Shown in pieces: positions 1-12,058 of a stretch of 64,000 bases of DNA. The stretch lies in assembly GCF_002571385.2 (NCBI RefSeq), contig NW_019218608.1:1-64000 (forward strand). The letters run 5' to 3'. Source of the stretch: Stylophora pistillata (lineage: Eukaryota). Position numbers and translations under genes: made by a program. Positions within the stretch are counted from its first letter, which is position 1, and each line of letters begins with the position of its first letter. The notes below the pieces were generated by a model. It worked only from the letters and a program-made list of their open reading frames with translations, was not told the DNA's origin and made no database searches.

Positions 1-151
1 ACGACTGTGCCCTCATGGCTCATACAGAATCCACCCTCCAGCTCACTGTCGACAAGTTTGCTGAAGCATCCCGCCTGTTTGGCCTCACCATTAGCCTGGG
101 AAAAACAGAAGTGCTGTTCCAGCCCGGTCCTCTCGCAACAGACCACCGCCC
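1..151 (+). mobile_element. RTE-clade LINE fragment (RT catalytic region), truncated on the 3' side
   Basis: Translates as (D)DCALMAHTESTLQLTVDKFAEASRLFGLTISLGKTEVLFQP, the RTE RT region from the YADD motif onward. It breaks at ~151 into sequence matching intron position ~52966. Confidence 0.85.
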
Positions 152-447
152 ACTTTTAAACAAAAAAGGTAGTTCACGTGGACATGAAAAACCGTATCAT
201 CTTTACTGAATCACGATTCACAGATAAACAGGAAATCAAGTTACGATTCATGCGAAAAAAAAAGTCAATCATGCTTCACGTAAAAAGTACAGGAGACCCT
301 CTGCAATTAAATATGGCCAAAGCTTACAACCCTTACAACCCTTATGCAACCGTTCCTTTGCTGAATAATTGCGCTTGTGCTTCACGCCTGAAGACGAAGA
401 ACACGAATTTCGAATTTTGATAGTTCTTCCGCAAGGAACGTGCCGTA

Positions 448-1685
448 TAGCCTGCATTGCAGGCGTCCTATTTAGGGTGAGTTAACGTTAAGAAGTGGGC
501 GATCGTTTATTTAACCAGCCATGTTTCATTTGTTGTCAGAGTCGACGGTGACGGTGGCGGGAAGGGGCGAGAAGACGCCTGCCCGAAGAGGCTGTTAAAA
601 AGCAAAACGCCCCCTGATTAGTTGCGCGTCACTGCATTTCCGGAAATCAGCAGGTACCCAATCAAAAGAAGTAAATTTAAAAACCGGAAGCACTGTCTTC
701 TGACAAAAACAAACACACGTAGAGCTGATGAGTGAAACGGTGAAGCAGTTTTTTTCGGTCAGGAAGGAAATGGCTTCTATCGACCTTACAAAACCTCCTT
801 CGCCGTGGTCACAAATATGAGGTGATATTTGCTACACACTATATTTTCCAAACGACAATCCATGTGTAGCTGCCATTAATCCATTTGAAAATTTTTCTTC
901 CATTTGATCGTAAACGATACTTTGAAGAAAATAAACAACTGCGCCAGAAGGTTTACGCGACATAATCTGGTTCATGCGAACCGGCATATTTTGGTAAAAC
1001 GATGTTGTTGACTTTTTTTCGTCAACAAAAGAAATGCCTTCGCCAAAACTCTCCTGCTGACGAAAATACGAGTTGGTATTTACCGCACTCTATACACTGA
1101 AAACGACAATGCGACAACGAGGGTATCTGTCGTTAATCCCAAGAAAGATGCTTCTTCCATTTGATCGTAAATCATACTTCGAAGGGGAAAAACGGCAACT
1201 ACGTACGCACGAAGGTTTCTCCGTCATGATATCCAAAGCTAGTTGGGAACACTGCCTGTAGATCTTGTCCAGAAACCAGTGTAGAAATTGCTTTTAAATT
1301 TTTTGTTTCGATCTCAATGCGCGATACATACCAAATTCTGGACAGCGGAATCGAAGCTAACAACTTCACCTTCAGCAGAGTTGTTTGTCTTTTTCCCGCA
1401 AGTGTGAAATTTTCAAATGACACATTTGGCTTGTGATTGACAGCTAAAGCTAAACCGTATCAATCAAAAACTTCGCGTGTGGGCGAATGGAGTTTTGCAA
1501 GATAACAATGAGTTTGGGCAGGCGTAATGTTCACTCCCCCCACCCCCACCCCAGCCCCTCTCCTTATTTTTGACTCTCACCCACCCTCTTAATACAAGTT
1601 TCATTAAAATCAAAGATGACGGCCATATTTCGTGAAGAAAATACTGGGAACTCGCTAGCCCTAATTACGCCTGCTCTGTGGGCAA
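448..1685. mobile_element. Non-autonomous DNA element (TAGCCTGC-type termini) in convertase intron; second copy at 53260-54500
   Basis: Imperfect TIRs tagcctgcattgcaggcgt / acgcctgctctgtgggcaa, flanked by a 9-bp TSD-like cgtgccgta / cgtgtcgta. Superfamily not assigned. Confidence 0.65.
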
Positions 1686-1871
1686 CGTGTCGTATTGCCA
1701 TAGTGTTTTCAAACTTTTACCGTGATGTTCACAACATTTTTCAGTGGCGAGTACCAACGTTTTTCTGAACGCAACGAATTAGCTTTTGTCGTCATACTTG
1801 TTGATCACCATACGCTTTAGTGATACGAATCGCAGTATGTTAATAGTTCAGCAAAATGTGCATACTTTTAA

Positions 1872-4588
1872 GGCCGCGATAAAAAAGGTTCCATTTTTGT
1901 CTTCGCTGCTGGAAATGGAGGAACTATAGCAAAAGACAGCTGTGCATACAATGGTTACGTTAACAGTATCTACACGATTGCTATCACTGGATTAGACAGA
2001 GCTGGATCAGTTCCTTCATATGGAGAGGTTTGTCCAGGAATTATGGCGGCAGCGTACAGCAGAAATACGTTCGGAGAAAGGAACCCGCTCGTGAGTAGTT
2101 TTACCGTATAAAGACAAATTCCTCCGATAAATTTTAAAGATGGTACTTGCAGTGCAGTTCTCTATTTTCGTCATAAAACTTGCATCTATAATTCACTTTA
2201 TCCAGCTTCGNNNNNNNNNNNNNNNNNNNNNNNNNNNNNNNNNNNNNNNNNNNNNNNNNNNNNNNNNTTGTCACTTGCCCATCAGTAAATGTTCTTCAGG
2301 TTAGGTAAAGACGGATCATACTGCGTTAAAAAAAGGCAATAGCTTTTCCTCTGTGTGCTATTTTCTTTGTTTATAAGTGACTCTTCTTTATCGGAGCAGA
2401 TAATTTCAGACATTTGTTTCCCCCAAACTTCGTCGGGTATCTTCTATTCTCATTTTCAAGTGTATTTTGAATCTCTTCACCTTATTATTGAACGTTGAGC
2501 GCGTCGGATATTTTCTGAGAATGCATCATTCTTCTCCTTTATTGAATCTTTTCTTTACGTTTGGTGAAAACTGTTCACGGGCCAGCATGACTTCTGCCGG
2601 GCGTTTAGTGTAATATGAATAATTTTGTCCGCAGTTGCCTCATGTAAACAAAAACAGAGACGCGTTTTACTAAGATCCTTTAATGACTGACCGATTACTT
2701 AACTGATTCTCAATTTTTATCACTGACTGCTGAATTACCTGTCGAGTTACCAATTTGGAGCTTAAAACTGACTATTAAATCAAGTGATATGTGCTTAAAG
2801 AAATCTGGGAATGAATTCATCAACGCACGGACAAGCAGAACAAATAGCCCTTTCTGCACTCACTTAAACTTTAATCATGTTTTATGATCATCCTCTTTTT
2901 CCTTTTTTAGTGACGAACAGAAAACTTCTGAAAGAGAAACAGTACATACCTCAATGTCTTCAAAGTGTGGAGACATTCGCCCTCTGGAGCACGTCCAAGT
3001 TCGTGTCAGCCTGGAGGTTTGGCTAAGAGAGGACCTCCTGCTAACTCTGGAATCACCGAGCAAAACTATATTTTGTCTTACACAACACGGGCCTATTGAT
3101 AGATTTTGGGGCTATTCGAATAATCTCACGGACAGGACCATTTTAACTTTACACCACTGTGGTGAAAATCCACAAGGCTTTTGGAAACTTAAGGCTGAAT
3201 TAGGCAGCAGAGGTAAGAGGACATCTTCCATTATTTTCAGTTCACAGATTGTGAATTAAGTTTTACCATAATTTTGTATGTTTTACTATTGTCTTTTTTT
3301 TATGAAAGCAAAAATGTCTCGAGTTTCTAAGTTTAATTGCTTTTATTTTCCTTCAATAGAAAAACACCGTTCAGCGAAGCTGCATAACAAATGAAAAGAG
3401 TAATCGATACCGCTCTTGAAACAAATCTATACAATTTCTTAAACTGACAGTCTGGCATAATGGGTTTAACGGAGTGCATCGGATCTGAAACCGCAAAACT
3501 TTCATGCACTTCGCCACCGGCCACAAAACGTTTACAGACGTTATTTTCGGAAGCTTCTCTGGAAAGAAACAGACGACTAAGAATGTCCGAAAAGGTACGT
3601 TTCTGTACGGCTGAGCTATCTTTCATGAAGGATGTCAAGCTTAATTAGCTTTTTTGCTGCGTTATGTCGCAAATTGCTTTGATTTCTTTTCTCAACGCTG
3701 TAAGAAAATGGTGCGAATGTAGCAGTGGCTTCTCGATTCTAATTGGCTGCTTTCGTCGTATGATTCTTTGATTGTCACCTTTTACTGGTTAAATTCATGA
3801 TTTTAGTCCGCAAAATACGTCATAGTACCAGAAAGTAACAATGATGTGCACTCTATCGCGGGTGTGGAAAATAGGTTCGTATTTAATTTATTTACGGCTT
3901 TTCAGTTTTTCTTTTTTCTTTCGAGTTTTAATGCAGAGAGATAAGTCGAGTATACAGTAAAGCGGTTCCCTCCTTAGCCGCTATCGACCGTACAAAATCA
4001 CGAAACAAAACAGTTACAGCGATTATATATTCGCGAGCGAGAAACATTTCTGTACATTTTTGTATAATATACCACGAACGTTGTCTTTGGGTAAATATTT
4101 CGAACGATAAATTTTCATATAAGCTCTACGATGAAACAGATAACAAGAAAAATACGTAAGTGCACAGAGAATAAAATATGAAACATTTACTTCTGATCAT
4201 TTTCTAAAAGGTTTCTTGCAGAGATCGGTGGTAGCAGCCGATAATGGGCTCTTATGCGTGGTTGTTTCGAAGTCACTTTACTATATTCTCTCCAATCCAC
4301 CGTCGGGTACTCATTTTGCTGATTCTCCGACGACCTTGCGTTTGAAATAAAAACACTGTAGATACCTAGGTGAAGGCCTGAAGCAATTAAGAACTGATTT
4401 TTTCTTCGAAAAAAATTTTTAACTGTGTGCCTCCTCTGCACACATAGGTTACGTCGGGTATATCGTTCAAGTTACCAGCAGATATTTTGCGAGGATGAGC
4501 ACCAATACTCGGATAAAGTTAATTGGCGTTTAAGTCAAACAGATGAACACGAGCTAATATCTGGTAAAAAGGGATGGTCATGTGGCAG
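1872..4588 (+). pseudogene. Kexin/furin-like proprotein convertase, decayed copy A (exons 1872-2090, 2911-3212, ~4442-4588)
   Basis: GRDKKGSIFVFAAGNGG...DSCAYNGYVNSIYTI exon plus a P-domain exon with RGD>RED, TDWT>TDRT and HWGE>HCGE relative to copy B. The next exon is deleted, and the last exon has lost its AG and has a 1-nt deletion. Confidence 0.9.
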
Positions 4589-6811
4589 GTAAGAACTAAA
4601 TGATAAACTCTTGACGTCTCAAGCGTTTTTGATGCACAACGTTTGGGTCTTCGGTCCTCTTCCGGTGGAACATTTTAAATTAACGAGTTACAAAAATAAG
4701 AAAGCTTAACTTCCTAAAGCGCTTAGAAAGTCGCTGATATTCAGAGTAGACCGGGAGGATGTACATTAACGTTCAGACATATACAATAAAAAAGAAAGGA
4801 AACACACACGAAGGCGCAAGCAGGGAAAACGCATCACTCTTACAGAAATGTCTTAAATTACAAAGTGTACTATAATTACTGAGCCACTTAAACAAATAAG
4901 ATTCTTCGATCTGAATTCGCGCCTTGAAATTTGAGTATTTATCACTGTACGTTTCTTCTTAGTAAAACTAATTTTGAGAATTCCTGCGTTCAATACAATT
5001 GGAATGAACTGCCAGCTCACTGTTTTCTTATTGTCGAGAGTGGATGAGTTATGGTTACGAAACTGTACAGTTTTTCATTCAGTTGATATAAATCTTACGT
5101 AGTACAGTTATCATTTGTTACACGATGGGTTGTACACGTTCATCTTCGATTGATCTTGCATGTACGTCTGTGCCAAAGCTCTAACAACTAGAGTCGTGGA
5201 TTAATAACTTCTTGTATAGGTCAGATCTTGAAGAGCATTTAAAACAATCTCCTATTTCTCCTTTTCCCTGATTCAACTTCTCTCCATCTTGGAGCTCATC
5301 CTGGAGGTTCAGTGTGCGTTCCGAAACATTGCATGTATGCTTCGAATGAACCGAACCAAATTCAATGGTTGAAAGTGTTACGGGAAAATTGAGAGATTTT
5401 TCCCTGTGGATGCTTAAGCATATTTATTCGTTGTTTTCGGAATCTTAGCATTCACAATTCATGCGAGTTTCTTTCATTGCGATTTTTTAAAAAGATAAAA
5501 AGCCACAGTACATTTTGAATAGTCAAGTTAAATTGTACAGCTGCATCTGCATACTTTTGTTGTTCAATTGTAGTGGAAATTTAGGTAAATATAAATGTTG
5601 ATGGTCTCTCTGACAAAATTAGTTCTCGTGGTAGTTGGAAGCTGAGTTTATACTCGAAATTTTAATTTCTTTTCATACGATAGTTTCCACATCAACCTTG
5701 CATAAATATGCAGAAACTTTTAATTACTTTTCCACTCTTATTTCCTAAGATGCGCTGCTGCAATGAAGATAAGTACACTTTCCATACCAGAGTTGTGAAT
5801 TCTCTCCTAAGTTTACTATTTTTAATGGCCTCGAGTTTATTGCATTCATCCTCTTAATTTGGAATTCTTTCCGTCGTAGAAAGAGTTGGGAACATTTAAG
5901 TAGTTTTCGTTTAACTTAAAAGAGATCTATACCGCTTCCTTTGTTCTGCTGTTTAAATATGGTCGATTTGGATAACAATAGAACCTCGCACCAGTTCAAT
6001 ACTTAAGTAACCACTTCGTAAAGGTTTTCCGATTACATCCTTGATTACAAACTTGTGTACGCTAGAGGTCACGTCGCTTGTTGGCCTGACCTTGAATAAA
6101 GTTTACTGTGGAACCGAACGCTGTCTCATCCTTGACGTCCGTATGAGCTCACTCGAAGTAGTTCTCCGTTTACCAGGAAATCGTGATGAGTTTCCGTTCT
6201 CGCTGCCGAGTGGTCTCTACCGTGTTATCTCCCCCAGTTATTGTTGTGCCGTCCGCGAAGGTTCAGTTTTTCCAGTTAGCACGCGAAAAACTATCGTCAC
6301 AAAAAAAATTGATGTACTCGAAAAACCCTCTCTGACACTTAAAGGAAACTACCTACAATGCAGTATCCAGACTGGCGATCGACTCATCGATAAATCCCAC
6401 AGCTAAACCAAAATAACTGCATCGGTTTTAGGGGCCCATTGCCGTTCCATGAAAATCGACAATTATTGGTATGCGGGCAAACCAAAGCTCGAGAATAACT
6501 GTAAGTTTCGAGGAACATGTAATGTCCAGCGGCAAATATACTAGCATACTTTCGCTCAGCATGGGGGCTGTTGTGTTAATTTCCGTCAAATATTTTATTT
6601 TTACAGCGAGCGCGACGAAAAGTTTAAATTACGAGTAAGAAGTGTTCCACTGAGTTAATGTCTGCAAACCTTGAAGCTATAATTCTCGGCGTGCAGCGGA
6701 GAATGTTGCAAACATTCACGCTCAATTACTTCGTGTGGTTTCTCCGAAAGGCGGATAAAACCGATACAAAATTCTCGCTTGTGAAAAAAATCGTATCAGC
6801 ATTCTCTTTAT

Positions 6812-7106
6812 TAATGAGAAAAATCGTATGACCAATGGGACTACTTCTCATCAAAGAGAGATGATTTTTATTCGATGAGTTTGCACTGAGTAAATCTCAG
6901 TACACTTTCTATGTGCAACTCTCTAAAGATAGCCGAGGATATGTATGTATATTCCCTATTATCAAGGAAGAGTGAACTCCTCGGCTTTCTTTAGAGAGTT
7001 GCACATAAAAGGTGTACTGAGATTTATTCAGTGCAGACTAACCAAATAAAAGTCGTCTCTCTTTGATGCAAGTAGTCCCATTAGTCATAAGATTTTTTCT
7101 CATTAA
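6812..7106. repeat. Long inverted repeat (~130-bp arms, ~36-bp spacer); paralogue at ~62880-63205
   Basis: The arm taatgagaaaaatcgtatgacc...tctctaaagatagccgagga is the imperfect reverse complement of tcctcggctttctttagagag...tttttctcatta. Confidence 0.8.
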
Positions 7107-7449
7107 GAAAAAAAAACCGTTTTCTATCAAACCTTTCAACTGAAAAAAAGATGCATATATTTCATACATATTATTAAATTGCAACGTTTTCGAAAACAGG
7201 TGTATGTGTATATACCTACATACATACATCCATATATACCTATATACAAGAGTCTCTCTGTTTACGTCCTTCATATTTATCCTTGCTTCATGCACTCCGC
7301 GGCTTAATAAAGGAGACTGCACTCCAGATCTACACAGCCCTACCGGCCACAACAACCAACATATTATATTCTCATGGTTTCGTTCTACCTTTTATCGTGG
7401 TAGATGTCTTGGTCAAACCTTCAGTGTACGACCGCTACTTCACATTAAG

Positions 7450-7527
7450 TCAAACCGGAAATATCACAGCTCTGCATTACTCTTATTCTTAATTGCGAGT
7501 GGTGATGTGGAACTTAACCCTGGCCCC
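7450..7527 (+). other. 2A/StopGo ribosome-skipping peptide motif (LLLFLIASGDVELNPGP)
   Basis: Exact D-V-E-x-N-P-G-P consensus at 7504-7527, preceded by a hydrophobic helix and in frame with the PLE N-terminal region. Confidence 0.8.
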
Positions 7528-8339
7528 ACGTCGACACTTCCGAAAGGGCTTCCCTTTGAGTGCACCAAAGCTGTTTGGCAACTACATCGGCTACATGCAA
7601 AATTAATTTCGAGTGAGCTCCATCAACATTTTCTCTTACTGTACAAGAGCCATGACATCACACCACCGGGTCTAACTGTAAAATTAACACCACTAGTCGG
7701 ATCTACAGACCTCCTCGATCAATGGAATGACGCTACTAAGGAATGCTCAAACCGTTTAATTGACCTCCTCGTTAAATCACACAAAGCTAAAAGCGTGACA
7801 CAGAAATCAAATCGAGAGTAAAGAAAATATCCTAACCGATAAATTGTCAACGTCACAACTTGAAGTACTTAAACACTGACTTCAGTTTCAAAATGAGAAT
7901 ACTCATCGATTCTTGACCTCAAGAAAACAAGAGAAACTTCACCAAAACATTGCCCTGCAAAAGTCTAAAGTAAGTAAACACAAAACACCTTCATTGCCCA
8001 CACCTATATGTAATGATTATCGACCCTAGGATGCCTATTCATTTACGTCACCTTCATCGGCCTCAACATCACACAATCGCCCAGGACCGAAAAAAGCACA
8101 GCTAAACCGTAAAAAATCTACTCCACTGATGCATGGAAATCATCAAGTTAAACGCAGAACCCACAGANNNNNNNNNNNNNNNNNNNATTTCATTATTTTA
8201 TTGTTACATTCCAGCGGGTAAATTTTAATTTTAATTATTCTTAGCATTATACCACTTTTCTGGGATTTGATGTAAAACATTTTTATTCCACGTATTGAAG
8301 ACTCTTTCATTGCTTGTAAATCTTACTTCTTATTGATAT

Positions 8340-8384
8340 TTAGTGCTGAGGAAGCCCGAATGGGCGAAACGTACACGTATTAAA
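8340..8384 (+). ncRNA. Minimal hammerhead ribozyme motif of PLE pLTR (copy 1)
   Basis: CTGAGGA-A-gccc gaat gggc-GAAA-cgt ac acg-TA; stem I is weak. Confidence 0.7.
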
Positions 8385-8548
8385 GGCCACAAGAGAAAAG
8401 TTTGCTTCTTCTTCTGTTTATTCCACTTATCGTCATTTAAGAAGGAAGCATCCTGTATCCTTTGGATCCTTTTCTCGGTGGAATCATCGTTGGTTAGCCT
8501 ACATCGTTCGAATTCACACTCCTATATATATATATATATATATAACTA

Positions 8549-8594
8549 ACTGCAGACAGTACTGTTTCGGCCTTCTGGGCCTCATCAGTGCAGT
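8549..8594 (-). ncRNA. Type I hammerhead ribozyme in a retrozyme-like fragment (8545-8715)
   Basis: Minus strand reads actgca-CTGATGA-ggcc cagaa ggcc-GAAA-cag ta ctg-TC-tgcagt. All core nucleotides are present, with a 6-bp stem I and palindromic stem III. Confidence 0.92.
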
Positions 8595-8877
8595 GCTAAT
8601 GCTAGGATGGGGGAGAACCGAGACGGTCACCCCAAACGAACCAACCTTTGTGGTATCGTCTAAGCCATGCCAGAGTGCTCAAACTAGAGTAAACCAGCGA
8701 GCATGCGCAATTGCATATATATATATATATACAAGTATATATATTGTAGTGTGAACGATGTAGGCTAACCAACGATGATTCCACCGAGAAAAGGATCCAA
8801 AGGATACAGGATGCTTCCTTCTTAAATGACGATAAGTGGAATAAACAGAAGAAGAAGCAAACTTTTCTCTTGTGGCC

Positions 8878-8922
8878 TTTAATACGTGTACGTTTCGCCC
8901 ATTCGGGCTTCCTCAGCACTAA
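8878..8922 (-). ncRNA. Minimal hammerhead ribozyme motif of inverted PLE pLTR (copy 2)
   Basis: Reverse complement of the motif at 8340-8384. Confidence 0.7.
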
Positions 8923-10503
8923 ATATCAATAAGAAGTAAGATTTACAAGCAATGAAAGAGTCTTCAATACGTGGAATAAAAATGTTTTACATCAAATCCC
9001 AGAAAAGTGGTATAATGCTAAGAATAATTAAAATTAAAATTTACCCGCTGGAATGTAACAATAAAATAATGAAATCCGGTGATGAGGTGGTGTTAATTAT
9101 ACCGAATCCTTTTCCTAGAATTGAACTCACACCTTTTAGTGAGACCGTGTGGTTTGAGTGTACATAGTTGGGCACACCAAAATGAAACGCCTCCCTGGTA
9201 AGCAGACGATCATCCATGCTATTATTGCTAGCGTTAGAGTTACGAAACTGTTCAATAATTAAAAATTCGAAATCTGTTAAAGTATGGGTCAAATCCATTC
9301 TACTGCCATGGGCCCTAAGAACGCGTGTAGTTTCGCTGATCTAGCCATGGGAATTATGATAAAAAAGCCAAGTTAGGGGAAATGAAACCCAACCTGTGGT
9401 GGAGGTACAGCGACGAAATTTTTTATCTCTGGTCCCAAGGGCATCCCAAACTTAATGAATTCACCATCTTTATCAATTCTCTGTATCCCACCATTAAAGT
9501 TACTTTAGTTTAATCTCCTAATTCACTGAACGTATTAGACCTTACTCTTAATTTGCTGAACAGGTTATTCAGACAGATAGTTACTCTTAACCCACGGATA
9601 ACCATATGTACTTGCTACGGAATAGTGCACATTCTGCTCATGTCACCAGGGCCATTCCGTATGGAGTTGCGACCAGACCTCGAAGGAATTGTTCCAGCGA
9701 TGAGGCGTTTGATAAACGCTCCTCTGAGTATCAGGGTTATTTACATAACCGAAGTTCTAACCCCAGTTTGGTTTCACAACAATTTAAAGGAGCCCAGCCC
9801 ATCCCTAGAAAAACATTGCTCCATCCTCAACCCAAGAAGTCCAAACAAATCTTTCCACTGGTGCTTGATTTTAACCCCCGCCTACCCAGCATTGGAAAAA
9901 TTATCAATAAGCACAAGTATCTCATTTATGATTCACCATTTCTTAAAAACATTTTTCCGGTAGGGTCTATCATTCCAGCTTTTCGTAGAACTAAAAACAT
10001 AAAAGAAATCTTGAGCAGTAAGCCTCGTCAACAACATCGCGCCCCAGATAATCAGCGGGGTTGCTTTAAGTGCAAATCCAAATGCGATCTTGGTCAAAAT
10101 TATTTGAAGGAAACGAATTGTTTCACTAGCACAGGCAAGAAGTATCCCATCACGCAGACAGTTGGCTGCAAATCCAAAAATGTAATCTACCTAGCAATAG
10201 TAGCATGGATGATCGTCTGCTTACTAGGGAGGCGTTCAATTTTGGTGTGCCCAACTATGTACCCTCAAACCACACGGTCTCACTGAAAGGTGTGAGTTCA
10301 ATTCTAGGAAAAGGATTCGGTATAATTAACACCACCTCATTGCCGCATTTCATTATTTTATTGTTACATTCCAGCGGGTAAATTTTAATTTTAATTATTC
10401 TTAGCATTATACCACTCTTGTGGGATTTGATGTAAAACATTTTTATTCCACGTATTTAAGACTCTTTCATTGCTTGTAAATCTTACTTCTTATTGATCAG
10501 TAT

Positions 10504-10548
10504 TTAGTGCTGAGGAAGCCCGAATGGGCGAAACGTACACGTATAAAA
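10504..10548 (+). ncRNA. Minimal hammerhead ribozyme motif of PLE 3' pLTR (copy 3)
   Basis: ctgaggaagcccgaatgggcgaaacgtacacgta at 10510-10543. Confidence 0.7.
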
Positions 10549-10665
10549 GACCACAAGAGAAAAGTTTGCTTCTTCTTCTGTTTATTCCACTTATATATAT
10601 AATTGGCAAACTTATATATATATAATTAGCAAACTGGCTCAAGACTTCAGAGGTAATTCATCGTT

Positions 10666-10761
10666 TTATATATATATATATTTTTTTTCTCTATTAAAAA
10701 ACTTAGGTACTATTCAATCTATAATATAATCATACGGAGCGCAATAGTTGCGTTAAATCTC

Positions 10762-10799
<38 letters not shown>

Positions 10800-10880
10800 C
10801 CCTATTAAAAATTTTTAGGTACTATTCAATCTATAATATAATCATACGGACTGCAATAGTGGCGTTAAATCTCACAATAT
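10666..10880 (+). repeat. Two ~95-bp direct repeats separated by (TA)n
   Basis: ctattaaaaa...ggtactattcaatctataatataatcatacgga...gcgttaaatctca occurs at ~10691-10762 and ~10803-10874. Confidence 0.8.
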
Positions 10881-12058
10881 ACAGACCGTGATAGTCACAT
10901 ATGATGTCATTATATATATTCCCGTTTTTAGATGACTCGAAATATCTCAGTTCCTGTCACCTGGAAATGACAACTGCCCAAACCTGCTCTTTGTAAGGAG
11001 ATGCATTAAGTCGTACAAATTTGCTATTGTGGTAACTGGGTTTTACATGTATTACTACCGCTGACATGTTGCGATTTATTCTTTCACTCTCAGTGTTTAT
11101 TAGAAACGTTCAATAAAGGTTTTCCTTTCTTTCTTTGGTTGTTTTTACTTCAAAATGCGTAGAAATCTGCTGAAATATCGAAAAATGTCCCTTTCTCGTC
11201 TTCTTTGGAGCGACCTGATGGAGACTTCATGGAGAAATGTACGTTATCACGCCATCGTGATAACGTAAATGTTTATGACAAATGGCCGGTGTTACGATAG
11301 TTCCATGTGGATCAGCCAACTTTAACATGTTTCAAATGACGGACAAGTGTAACGGTGTATCGTCAGAGGATGCGGATTGCTCAAATTTTCATGAAAGAAG
11401 GTACAGTAGTCGGAATGTGGATGATATGCACAAGATTTAACGTACATATTTGTAGTTACGTTGAGTAGTCCTCAATGAAGGTTGATCAATTTTTCTAAAT
11501 ATTAAAGCTAGAAGCGGGATTTCTCTTCAAGATATTGCTCAGAAGATAACATTCTTTCAAAGTCCTGCACTTTTCATTTGTCTGAAACGTATTAGATGTA
11601 AACATTGCCAATTTATGCAGTACCTGATTTTTGAGCTTCTTTCGCGAATTGCCACTATGAATAGTAGAGGTCGGCCCGCAGAGATTTTTACTTATTTAAA
11701 AATTAGAATATTATAACCAATTAAGTGCGAAGTTTCAGTTCTAGAATCGGTGCACTTTTGGAGGAATTTAGACAAACGTTTTCCCTGTTTTACCCTAGAG
11801 CAAAAATGACTGAAACTGTAAGAAGATAAATAATCTATTGGTGTGTTCACATTCACTCTCAGGTAAAATTGGATCCATCAAAGTAAAGATAAATGATGTC
11901 ACTATGTATGGTAGAAGTACCAATTTGTAATGTTATATTTAGCTTGACATAGAGAAATAAACATTTTACACTTTTTTTGCGATGCTTTTGTATGAAGACG
12001 AGGCCCCAGGCCTTGAACAAGCAAAGAAAAAAAGAAAAAAGGATGAAAGTTTTCTTAA

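Larger units (their letters stand above)
152..7245 (+). repeat. Segmental duplicate (copy A) of ~52966-63324
   Basis: Colinear and highly similar by eye to 52966-63324. The gap at 2211-2267 hides the equivalent of ~55026-57521, and the equivalent of ~58555-59383 is deleted at ~3300. Confidence 0.95.
7246..10592 (+). mobile_element. Penelope-like retroelement(s), Neptune type, degenerate and rearranged
   Basis: N-terminal region HQHFL...ITPPGL...W...CS.RLIDLL (to the gap at 8168). RT motifs QIHSTAMGPKNACSFADLAMG (~9290) and WWRYSDEIF. Also AIPYGVATRPRRNCS, a Cys-rich linker CFKCKSKCDL...CKSKNVIYL and the start of GIY-YIG. pLTR copies at 8187-8520 (+), 8750-9290 (-) and ~10200-10592 (+), each ending in (TA)n. 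Confidence 0.9.

Noticed and set aside
3333-3648. ORFs conserved with 59416-59728, and 6041-6406 with 62116-62406
   Set aside because: Conservation is explained by the recent segmental duplication, and there are no recognisable domains.
8343-8919. Identical 'MLRKPEWAKR...' ORFs on opposite strands
   Set aside because: Artefact of the inverted pLTRs; the sequence is the ribozyme-bearing non-coding repeat.
10931-11910. Possible small exons (10931-10992, ~11282-11400, 11863-11910) downstream of copy A
   Set aside because: Splice-like signals only, with no recognisable protein similarity.
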